From: Promethearchaeota archaeon
GTDB lineage: Archaea; Asgardarchaeota; Lokiarchaeia; Sigyniarchaeales; SOKP01
NCBI GenBank assembly: GCA_048940445.1
Contig: JBHLON010000003.1
Location: 64,001 to 128,000, forward strand
Length of the DNA stretch: 64,000 nucleotides
Direction: 5' to 3'
Shown here: positions 56,260 through 64,000 of the stretch, piece by piece
Layout of the letters: every line of letters begins with the position of its first letter
Numbering within the stretch: the stretch's first letter is position 1
Position numbers and translations under genes: made by a program
The notes under the pieces: generated by a model
Seen by the model: the letters and a program-made list of their open reading frames with translations, nothing else
What the model was told of the DNA's origin: nothing
Databases searched by the model: none

Positions 56260-58284
56260 ATGAAAATGACTGAAAGTAAAAAAGAAGTAGAAAAAGTTAA
56301 GAAAAACATCATAGTTACCGGTAATGAAAAACCTCAAGTTGGAGTATATGTATGTCATTGCGGAGTAAATATAGGAGGAGTTGTTTCAGTACCTGACTTA
56401 ATAGAATATGCTAAAGATCTACCTGATGTTGCTGCTGCGCGTGAATATAAGTTTTTTTGTTCAGATACGGGTCAGAATATAATAAAAGAAGATATTCAAT
56501 CAGGTTTAGTAAATAGAGTAGTTGTAGCAGCATGTTCTCCAAGAATGCATGAACCTACTTTTAGATTAGTGTGTAAAGAAGCAGGTTTGAATCAATTTTT
56601 ATTTGAACAAGCCAATATAAGAGAACATTCAACTTGGGTTCATATGAAAGATCCAGAAGGGGCATTTGAAGCAGCAAAAGATCTCATTAAAATGTCCGTT
56701 GCTAAAGCTAGACAATTAAAACCTTTGGAAGTAAAAACTGTAGATATTGAACCTTCTTGTTTAATTATTGGAGGTGGTATAGCAGGTATGAACTCCGCTT
56801 TAGATTTAGCCACTGAGGGATATAAGGTATATCTAGTAGAAAAATCTCCTACTATAGGAGGTCATATGGCGCAATTAGATAAAACATTTCCAACAATGGA
56901 TTGTAGTGCTTGTATTTTAACCCCAAGAATGGTTGATGTGGCAAGAAATGAAAATATTGAACTCTTGACTTATTCAGAAGTCGTAGAAATAACCGGTTAT
57001 GTCGGAAATTTTGAAGTTACAATTTTGAAAAAACCTCATTATGTTGATCAAGAAGCATGCACTGGATGTGGAATTTGTGATGAGAAATGTCCTGTAGTGT
57101 GTTCAAATGAATTTGATATTGGATTAGCCACTAGAAAAGCTATTTATATCCCTTTTCCTCAAGCTGTTCCCGGCAAGTATACAATCGATATGGATAAATG
57201 TATTAAATGTGGAATTTGTGCTAGACCAACAGTATGTGAACCAGATGCGATAAGATTTGATCAAGAACCAGATTATCTGAAAGTTAAGGTAGGTACTATC
57301 ATTATTGCAACAGGTTGGGATTTATACGATCCCACTGAATTAAAACAATATGGGTATGGTAAATATCCTAATGTAATTAATGGACTTCAGATGGAACGAT
57401 TATTAAGTTCTACTGGACCTCTCGTTGGAAAACCAGCGCGTCCATCTGATCTTAAAGAACCTCATAGTATAGCGTTTCTTCAATGTGTTGGGAGTAGAAA
57501 TTTTAGAGAAGGAGGCCATCAATATTGTTCAAGAGTCTGTTGTATGTACGCTACCAAACAGGCTAGACAATACAAAGAAAAGCATCCTGATGCAGATGTA
57601 TATATTTTTTATATGGATATTAGGGCTTTTGGGAGAGGATATGAAGAATTTTATGAATCAGCAGCAAGGAATTACGGGATAAATTATATTAGGGGGAGAA
57701 TTGCTGAAGTCAGAGAAGATCAAGATCATAATATTATTATAAGATCAGAAGATACCTTGCTTCAAGAGCCTATTGAAATAAGTGTTGACTTATTAGTGCT
57801 TTCATGTGGTTTAGAGGCAAGAGGCGATACTGATAAAGTTGCTTCTTTGGTAAGAGTACAAAGATCTTCTGATGGATTCTTTATGGAAGCTCATCCCAAA
57901 TTAAGGCCAGTCGATACTTTAACTGAAGGAATTTTTATAGCTGGAGTGGCTCAAGGTCCGAAAGATATCCCTGATTCTGTGGCTCAAGCGAAGGGTGCTG
58001 CTTCAAGTGCGGCAACACTCATGGCAAGAGGCGAAGTCGAATTAGAACCTTATTATGCCGTTGTATCTCCAGAGCGTTGTATTGGATGTGGTATGTGTGT
58101 AGAAAATTGTGCTTATGGTGCAATCGAGTTAATTGATGATAAAAGATATGGGAAGATAGCTTCAGTTAACCAAGCCTTATGTAAAGGGTGTGGAGCTTGT
58201 TCGGGTAACTGTAGATGTGCCGCAATAGATATTATGGGTTTTACTGGCGAACAATTATTTTCAATCATTATGGGAGGAGAATAA
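56260..58284 (+). CDS. hdrA: heterodisulfide reductase subunit A
   Basis: GVYVCHCG, IGGGIAG, DKTFPTMDCSACI, CSRVCC and HPKLRP motifs. Confidence 0.97.
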   Translation: MKMTESKKEVEKVKKNIIVTGNEKPQVGVYVCHCGVNIGGVVSVPDLIEYAKDLPDVAAAREYKFFCSDTGQNIIKEDIQSGLVNRVVVAACSPRMHEPTFRLVCKEAGLNQFLFEQANIREHSTWVHMKDPEGAFEAAKDLIKMSVAKARQLKPLEVKTVDIEPSCLIIGGGIAGMNSALDLATEGYKVYLVEKSPTIGGHMAQLDKTFPTMDCSACILTPRMVDVARNENIELLTYSEVVEITGYVGNFEVTILKKPHYVDQEACTGCGICDEKCPVVCSNEFDIGLATRKAIYIPFPQAVPGKYTIDMDKCIKCGICARPTVCEPDAIRFDQEPDYLKVKVGTIIIATGWDLYDPTELKQYGYGKYPNVINGLQMERLLSSTGPLVGKPARPSDLKEPHSIAFLQCVGSRNFREGGHQYCSRVCCMYATKQARQYKEKHPDADVYIFYMDIRAFGRGYEEFYESAARNYGINYIRGRIAEVREDQDHNIIIRSEDTLLQEPIEISVDLLVLSCGLEARGDTDKVASLVRVQRSSDGFFMEAHPKLRPVDTLTEGIFIAGVAQGPKDIPDSVAQAKGAASSAATLMARGEVELEPYYAVVSPERCIGCGMCVENCAYGAIELIDDKRYGKIASVNQALCKGCGACSGNCRCAAIDIMGFTGEQLFSIIMGGE

Positions 58285-58286
58285 TT

Positions 58287-58745
58287 TTGAGCAAAACAAA
58301 ATCTCAATTGAATAAAGTAGAAAAGAAAGAGGATTGGCAACCAAAAATACTTGCTTTCTTATGTAATTGGTGTTCGTATGCGGGTGCAGATCTGGCTGGA
58401 GTAAGTCGGATACAATATCCTTCAAATATAAGAATTGTAAGAGTTCCTTGTTCAGGAAGGGTAAATCCTTATTTTATAATAAAAAGTCTTATAAGTGGTT
58501 GGGATGGTGTTGTTGTTTCAGGGTGTCATCCCGGTGATTGTCATTATATTAGTGGCAATTTAGTAGCAAGACGGCGTTTTACAATTTTAAATGAATTATT
58601 TAATTTTTTTGGTATAGAACCAGACAGAGTGAGTTTTATGTGGGCTTCGGCATCTGAAGGTGAGCGGTTTGCAACTTTAATTAAAAAAGTCACGGAAAAA
58701 GTACGGAAATTGGGACCTAATAAACAATTTCAAAAAACTTGGTGA
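58287..58745 (+). CDS. mvhD: MvhD/FlxD [2Fe-2S] subunit
   Basis: FLCNWCSYAGAD, RVPCSGR and GCHPGDCHY; start moved to TTG 58287 after GGAGG, which removes the overlap with hdrA. Confidence 0.92.
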   Translation: MSKTKSQLNKVEKKEDWQPKILAFLCNWCSYAGADLAGVSRIQYPSNIRIVRVPCSGRVNPYFIIKSLISGWDGVVVSGCHPGDCHYISGNLVARRRFTILNELFNFFGIEPDRVSFMWASASEGERFATLIKKVTEKVRKLGPNKQFQKTW

Positions 58746-58749
58746 TATC

Positions 58750-59763
58750 ATGGTAAATTTGGAAGAAAATAATAAAGAGATTGAGCAATCAATTAGAGAA
58801 TTAGCTAAAAAGTTACTTGAGGAAAAAGAAGTTGATGTTATTATTGGTTATACCAAAGGAACAATCCCCTTAAGCTCAAGTCCGATTGTAATAGATAAGG
58901 TTGAAGATATTGACAAATTAATTTGGAACAACCTATGCTATGTTAATTTAGCTAAATATTTAGTACCTTTAATACCCACCTTTATTAAGCCAGATGGTCG
59001 AAAAATGAAGATAGGAATAGTTTCAAAGGGTTGTGTTGGAAGAGCATTAATTCATTTAGCTGTAGAACATCAAATTGATTTAGATAATATAAAAATAATA
59101 GGTATTCCTTGTAATGGAATTATCAATAGAGCTAAGTTACAAAAAGAGATAGGAGAACAAGAAATTATAGAAGCTTTCATATCTGGAGATAACATTATAG
59201 TTAAAACAAAAGATTTGGAGAAATCATTTTCTTATGAAGATTATCTAAATGAATTATGTAAAACATGTCAAGTTAAATCCCCTCCCAAAGTAGCTAATGC
59301 AAATGTGGGTGAGTTCTTGGAAAATCCTATCATTGAAGATGATTTTACAGATTTAGAAGATTATGAGTCAAAAACCCCAGAAGAAAAATGGGCATACATA
59401 AAAGATTTGTTAAGTACTTGTACTAGATGTTATGCATGTAGAGAGGCATGCCCCATGTGTTATTGTAATCTCTGTTTCGTAGACCAAAATAAACCAGTTT
59501 GGTTTGGAAAAACGACTGATTTGCCTGATATAATCGTGTTCCATTTAATTCGTGCATTACATCTAGCGGGTAGGTGTGTAGCTTGTGGGGCTTGTACCAG
59601 TGTGTGTCCGATGGGGATCGATTTGAACCTGATTACAAGAAAATTAGAAAAAATAGTAAAAGAGCGATTTGATTTTACTTCTGGTATAGATTTCGAACAG
59701 TTACCTCCTATGATGTCTTTTAGTTTGGAAGATGAACAAGAATATATGTTAGAGGAAGATTAA
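58750..59763 (+). CDS. FlxC-like 4Fe-4S protein
   Basis: CTRCYACREACPMCYC and HLAGRCVACGACTSVCP; position in hdrCBA-flxDCBA order. Confidence 0.8.
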   Translation: MVNLEENNKEIEQSIRELAKKLLEEKEVDVIIGYTKGTIPLSSSPIVIDKVEDIDKLIWNNLCYVNLAKYLVPLIPTFIKPDGRKMKIGIVSKGCVGRALIHLAVEHQIDLDNIKIIGIPCNGIINRAKLQKEIGEQEIIEAFISGDNIIVKTKDLEKSFSYEDYLNELCKTCQVKSPPKVANANVGEFLENPIIEDDFTDLEDYESKTPEEKWAYIKDLLSTCTRCYACREACPMCYCNLCFVDQNKPVWFGKTTDLPDIIVFHLIRALHLAGRCVACGACTSVCPMGIDLNLITRKLEKIVKERFDFTSGIDFEQLPPMMSFSLEDEQEYMLEED

Positions 59764-59767
59764 AAAG

Positions 59768-60838
59768 GTGATTCATAAAGTGCAAGAAAATATCCTTCTA
59801 AAAGAACAAATTGGAAAACTTTATGATACTTTAGCGAAGGAATATACATTTTATGCTCCCATTAAAGAAAAAGGTAATATTGTTTTTAGAAAAATAACTA
59901 AATCAGGAGATATAGTACTAGAGTATTTAAACTCTAAGGTCCCACCAAAAGAAATTTTATTTCCAAAAACAGATATCCTTTTTGAATATAAGATTAATGG
60001 TAAAGAAATTGAGATTGAAAATATAAAGGGTTTAGACGAAAAAAAAATAATTTTTGGAATTAGACCGTGTGATGCCTATAGTTTTTATTTATTAGAAAAC
60101 TTTTTTTCGCAAGGAGAAGTTAAAGATGAGATTATTTTAAAAAGGAGAGAAAATACAACTCTTATAGGAATAGCTTGTAATTCTCCTAAAACTACTTGCT
60201 TTTGTACATCTGTAGGTGGTAATCCTTTTCAAAAAGAGAATTTAGACATATTTCTTGTAGACCTGGGAAATAAGTATCTTGTTGAATCAATTAGTGAAAA
60301 AGGTAAAAAATTAGTAAAAAAGCTTTCATGGTTGACTGAAGCAACCGATAATGATGTAAAAACCGCCCAAGAATTAGCTATTAAAGCAGAACGGGCAATA
60401 TCAACAAAAATGGATTTAAAAGATATTGATAAAGTTTTAGATCCGAATTTTAATCATCCAATTTGGGAAGAGATTAGTGAGAGTTGTATAGGGTGTGGCA
60501 CCTGCTCATTTTTATGTCCAACTTGTACTTGCTTTGATGTAATTGATGAAAAAATTCCAAATGAAAATCGAGGACGTAGAATTAGAATATGGGACACATG
60601 TCAATTTTGCTTATATTCACTCCATACTAGCGGTCATAACCCTCGAGAGAGTAATATAGAAAGATGTAGAAACAGAATTTTACATAAATTTTGTTATTAC
60701 CCTGAAAATTATGATGTATTAGGTTGCGTTGGATGTGGTCGTTGTATTCAACTTTGTCCAGTTAATAATGATCTTAGAAAAATAATTGAAAAAATTAGTA
60801 ATATTAAAAAAATAGAGAGCGAAAAAGTAAATGCATAA
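59768..60838 (+). CDS. FlxB/AsrA-like 4Fe-4S protein
   Basis: GIRPCD, CFCTS, CIGCGTCSFLCPTCTCF and CVGCGRCIQLCP. Confidence 0.82.
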   Translation: MIHKVQENILLKEQIGKLYDTLAKEYTFYAPIKEKGNIVFRKITKSGDIVLEYLNSKVPPKEILFPKTDILFEYKINGKEIEIENIKGLDEKKIIFGIRPCDAYSFYLLENFFSQGEVKDEIILKRRENTTLIGIACNSPKTTCFCTSVGGNPFQKENLDIFLVDLGNKYLVESISEKGKKLVKKLSWLTEATDNDVKTAQELAIKAERAISTKMDLKDIDKVLDPNFNHPIWEEISESCIGCGTCSFLCPTCTCFDVIDEKIPNENRGRRIRIWDTCQFCLYSLHTSGHNPRESNIERCRNRILHKFCYYPENYDVLGCVGCGRCIQLCPVNNDLRKIIEKISNIKKIESEKVNA

Positions 60839-61670
60839 TATTTATATTCCTAAATTGACGACCATTAAAAATGCTTTTTCAGAGAATAAAGTAAATGATA
60901 TAAAGACTCTTGAATTGGTTTTTAAAAATCAAGGTGATTATGAAAATTTTGCTTATATTCCCGGACAATTTGCAGAAATAAGTGCTATAGGAAAAGGAGA
61001 ATGCCCAATAGGAATCGCATCATCCCCTACTGAAACAGGGTCAATTAGGTTCACTATAAAGAAAATGGGAACTGTTACGACAGCATTTCACGACATGGTA
61101 GAGGGAGACACCGTTGGTGTAAGAGGTCCCTTCGGAAATGGTTGGCCAGTAGAAGATATGAAAGGAAAAAATATTGTAATTATAGGAGGAGGATTTGCAT
61201 TTTCAACCTTACGTTCACTTGTAATCTATATGTTAGATGATAAGTTTAGAAAACTCTATAAGAATATTACAGTAATTTATGGGAATCGTGATTCAGGAGA
61301 AGTATTATATCGAAGTGATCTTAATGACTGGAAAAACAGAAAAGATTTAAATGTTACCCTAACCATTGATCGGGAAGAAGAAGATTGGAATGAAAAGGTT
61401 GGATTCGTTGCTCCGATAGTAAAAGAAGTAGCACCTTCTTCTGATAATTCTGTAGCAATAGTATGCGGCCCACCAATAATGATAAGAACTACGATTGCAG
61501 TTTTAGAAGAACTAGGTTTTAAAGATGAACAAATATTAAACTCGTTAGAGATGAGAATGAAATGTGGAGTCGGTAAATGTGGTAGATGCAATATTGGTAA
61601 TAAATATGTATGTATTGACGGTCCAGTATTTTCACAGGCGGAACTTAAAAAAATGCCCGATGAATATTAA
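60831..61670 (+). CDS. FlxA/AsrB/HydG-like FAD/NAD(P)-binding [2Fe-2S] subunit
   Basis: PGQF, RGPFGNG, CGPPIM and MKCGVGKCGRC..YVC.DGPVF. Confidence 0.88.
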   Translation: MHNIYIPKLTTIKNAFSENKVNDIKTLELVFKNQGDYENFAYIPGQFAEISAIGKGECPIGIASSPTETGSIRFTIKKMGTVTTAFHDMVEGDTVGVRGPFGNGWPVEDMKGKNIVIIGGGFAFSTLRSLVIYMLDDKFRKLYKNITVIYGNRDSGEVLYRSDLNDWKNRKDLNVTLTIDREEEDWNEKVGFVAPIVKEVAPSSDNSVAIVCGPPIMIRTTIAVLEELGFKDEQILNSLEMRMKCGVGKCGRCNIGNKYVCIDGPVFSQAELKKMPDEY

Positions 61671-61696
61671 AAAATTTTAAAAATATTTTTTGTTCT

Positions 61697-64000
61697 TTAG
61701 GTTGATTCAATTTTTACCTTGCTGACTTTTGAAGGTATTTTTGTTTCTCCCAACTTTTTAATTTTTTCTGTGAATTCCGAAATATCTTCTGCAAATTGCC
61801 TTCCTTCGCTTGCTGAAACTTGGGTAATATAAATTCTCTCTTCTTCTAGTCCAATCTTTTTTATTAGTTCTTTGAGATTATCCATTCGAAGATAAGCATT
61901 TTCATTACCACTTATATAATGACAATCTCCAAGATGACACCCAGCTATAAATACTCCATCAGCACCCTCTAAAAATGCTTGTAGAATATAACTTTTTGAC
62001 ATTCCCCCTGAACACATTACTCTTATGATCCTAACATTAGGCGGATATTGATATCGACTAACACCTGCTAGATCAGCACCTGCATATGAACACCAATTAC
62101 ATAAGAAAGCCACGATTTTTGGTTCCCACGTTTTTTCTTCATGTTTTGTTGCTTCACTAATCATTGGTTTAATTTGTTCATTCCCAAAATGACTCATAGA
62201 TATTGCAGAAACAGGACATTCTGCAAAACAAGTACCACATCCTTTACATAAAGCTTTAATTACTTGGGCTTTCTTTAATTCATTGTCATACAATCCCATC
62301 TGTTTAGTACTTTCTAATAATTCTATAGCGTTATAAGGACAAATCTCAGTGCACCTACCGCATCCTATGCATTTTTCTTCGTTCACATTAGCGGTTACTC
62401 CTTCTGTCAATAAAATATCTTTCGATAAGATTGTCATGGCTCTTGCTGCTGCAGAATTTGCTTGCGCGATGCTTTCAGTGATATTTGCAGGTCCTCGAGC
62501 AGTCCCACACAAGAAAATTCCTTCTGTAGCGAAGTCACTTGGTCTTAATTTAACATGGGCTTCTAAAAAGAAATTATCTTCATTAAGAGGTACTTTTAAT
62601 AATTTAGCTAATTCTGAATTCTCTTTAGGAGCAACAATTCCAGCACTTAAAACCACTAAATCAGCGTTCATTTTAAGATCTCCCATATCAGTCTTCTGTA
62701 ATAAAATCTGTAATTGTTTATTTTCACTAATGACTTCAGGTGGAATTTTTTCATCAAATCTTATGAATAAAACTCCCTTTTCTCTAGCTAAATTATAATA
62801 TTTTTCCTTAAAGCCGTAAGTTCTTATGTCTCGAAATAAAATAACTACATTTAGGTCAGGGTTAATCTCTTTTGCTTTTATCGCATTTTTTACTGCTTCT
62901 GAACAGCACATTCTACTACAATAAGGATTTTCTTCGTTTCTTGATCCAATACATTGAATCATTACAATTGATTTTAAATCTTTTATTTTTTTATCATCAT
63001 TAAAAAGAAATTCTTCAAATTTTGACTGGGTTATAATACTCTTATTTTGATTAAATAGATACTCATCATCTTTAGGGGTATATTCATATGCACCTGTAGC
63101 TACAATAATAATACCATGATCAACTTTTTGTTGTTCATTGTCTCCCAGATTAATTTCTGTAGTAAAATTGCCTACATAACCATTTATAGAGTTAATTTTT
63201 GCTTTCAGAAATACATTTATTAATTTATGATTATTGATTTTTTCAATTAAATTTGAAACTAATTCTTGCACGTTATTGTTCTCTAAAGTTTGATAGACGT
63301 TTCGAGCGAATCCTCCTAATCGATCGCTTTTTTCAACTAAATATACATTGTATCCTTGATCAGCTAGATTTAAAGCCGCAGTCATTCCAGATACTCCGCC
63401 TCCAATAACCAAACCTTTATGAATTACTTCTACTTTCTGTTCTTGTAAGGGGATTAAATTTCTAGCCTTTGCAACAGACATTCTAACTAAATCCTTAGCT
63501 TTTTCTGTGGCTTCTTCTGGTGTGTGCATGTGAACCCAAGAGCACTGATCTCTAATATTTGCTAGATCAAAAAGATATTTATTTAATCCTGCCTCTCTAA
63601 TAGTGGCTTGAAATAATGGTTCATGTGTTCTTGGTGTACAAGATGCCACAATAACTCTATTTAAATTATGTTCCTTGATCTTTTCCTTTATTATTGATTG
63701 TGTATCTGCTGAACATGTATAAAGATTTCTTTCAGCATATACTACATCTGGTAAAGTACTAGCATAATCAACTACCTCGGGAACATCTACGACACCTCCA
63801 ATATTGATTCCACAGTGACACACAAAAACTCCAATACGAATCGGTTCTCCACTTATGTCACGTTCTTCATAATGCTTTTCTTGAGCTACTAATGTATTTT
63901 TAGTATCAGATAAAAGTACATTTACAGCTCCAGCAGCTGCGCTAGCTTCTATTACAGTTTCTGGAATATCTTTAGGTTCTTTAAATGTCCCACATACATA
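61697..64000 (-). CDS. tandem HdrA-like protein fused to C-terminal MvhD (5' end outside the window)
   Basis: Frame is open from 64000 (YVCGTFKEPKDIPETV...GVFVCHCG), so one HdrA module ends before a second begins; C-terminal FLCNWCSYAGAD MvhD domain. Confidence 0.9.
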   Translation of the reverse strand, partial: YVCGTFKEPKDIPETVIEASAAAGAVNVLLSDTKNTLVAQEKHYEERDISGEPIRIGVFVCHCGINIGGVVDVPEVVDYASTLPDVVYAERNLYTCSADTQSIIKEKIKEHNLNRVIVASCTPRTHEPLFQATIREAGLNKYLFDLANIRDQCSWVHMHTPEEATEKAKDLVRMSVAKARNLIPLQEQKVEVIHKGLVIGGGVSGMTAALNLADQGYNVYLVEKSDRLGGFARNVYQTLENNNVQELVSNLIEKINNHKLINVFLKAKINSINGYVGNFTTEINLGDNEQQKVDHGIIIVATGAYEYTPKDDEYLFNQNKSIITQSKFEEFLFNDDKKIKDLKSIVMIQCIGSRNEENPYCSRMCCSEAVKNAIKAKEINPDLNVVILFRDIRTYGFKEKYYNLAREKGVLFIRFDEKIPPEVISENKQLQILLQKTDMGDLKMNADLVVLSAGIVAPKENSELAKLLKVPLNEDNFFLEAHVKLRPSDFATEGIFLCGTARGPANITESIAQANSAAARAMTILSKDILLTEGVTANVNEEKCIGCGRCTEICPYNAIELLESTKQMGLYDNELKKAQVIKALCKGCGTCFAECPVSAISMSHFGNEQIKPMISEATKHEEKTWEPKIVAFLCNWCSYAGADLAGVSRYQYPPNVRIIRVMCSGGMSKSYILQAFLEGADGVFIAGCHLGDCHYISGNENAYLRMDNLKELIKKIGLEEERIYITQVSASEGRQFAEDISEFTEKIKKLGETKIPSKVSKVKIEST

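Noticed and set aside
58215-58286. N-terminal extension of MvhD as called in the ORF track
   Set aside because: It overlaps hdrA; an in-frame TTG at 58287 with an upstream GGAGG is the better start.
56260-58745. Selenocysteine in HdrA/MvhD (known Lokiarchaeal selenoprotein families)
   Set aside because: The relevant positions (DCSAC, CNWC, GCHPGDC) are TGT Cys codons and the ORFs have no in-frame TGA.
118-62798. Short overlapping ORFs in the track (e.g. 118-339, 2204-2467, 9430-9681, 13101-13319, 40987-41268, 61277-61591, 62349-62798)
   Set aside because: They are antisense or alternate-frame shadows of well-supported genes.

Overview
AT-rich (roughly 30% GC by eye) archaeal chromosomal segment. 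It is most consistent with an Asgard archaeon (Lokiarchaeia-like), based on an Arf/Rag-type small GTPase, a longin/uDENN-like domain, [IV]xGY-TM-basic C-terminal sorting signals, FwdA, tungsten AORs and Hdr. Left to right: the 3' part of fwdA (its frame is broken at nt ~33); a free-standing double LAGLIDADG endonuclease; TPR and radical SAM genes; tandemly duplicated beta-helix surface proteins; an accessory region (~13-30 kb) where a degenerate 30-bp direct repeat bounds an AOR/ferredoxin module and a corrinoid/methyltransferase module; a legumain/Gpi8-like C13 peptidase; a cysteine/sulfur island (two Cys-tailed Lrp regulators, tRNA sulfurtransferase, cysS, tRNA-Cys with a 30-nt BHB intron in the T-loop and a K-turn-like leader hairpin, cysE-cysK, PLP enzyme); a second AOR; a multi-PAS kinase facing a GNAT-ThiF-7TM-GNAT cluster; an hdrCBA-flxDCBA operon; and a convergent partial tandem HdrA-MvhD fusion. 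The best candidate for an undescribed system is the ArsR - small GTPase - MASE3/PAS histidine kinase - REC-longin operon at 35690-40297. Its longin domain carries an Arg at the apparent position of the FLCN/NPRL2 Rag-GAP arginine finger, which suggests a two-component system wired to a eukaryote-type GTPase switch. All family calls come from motif recognition by eye; no searches were run.
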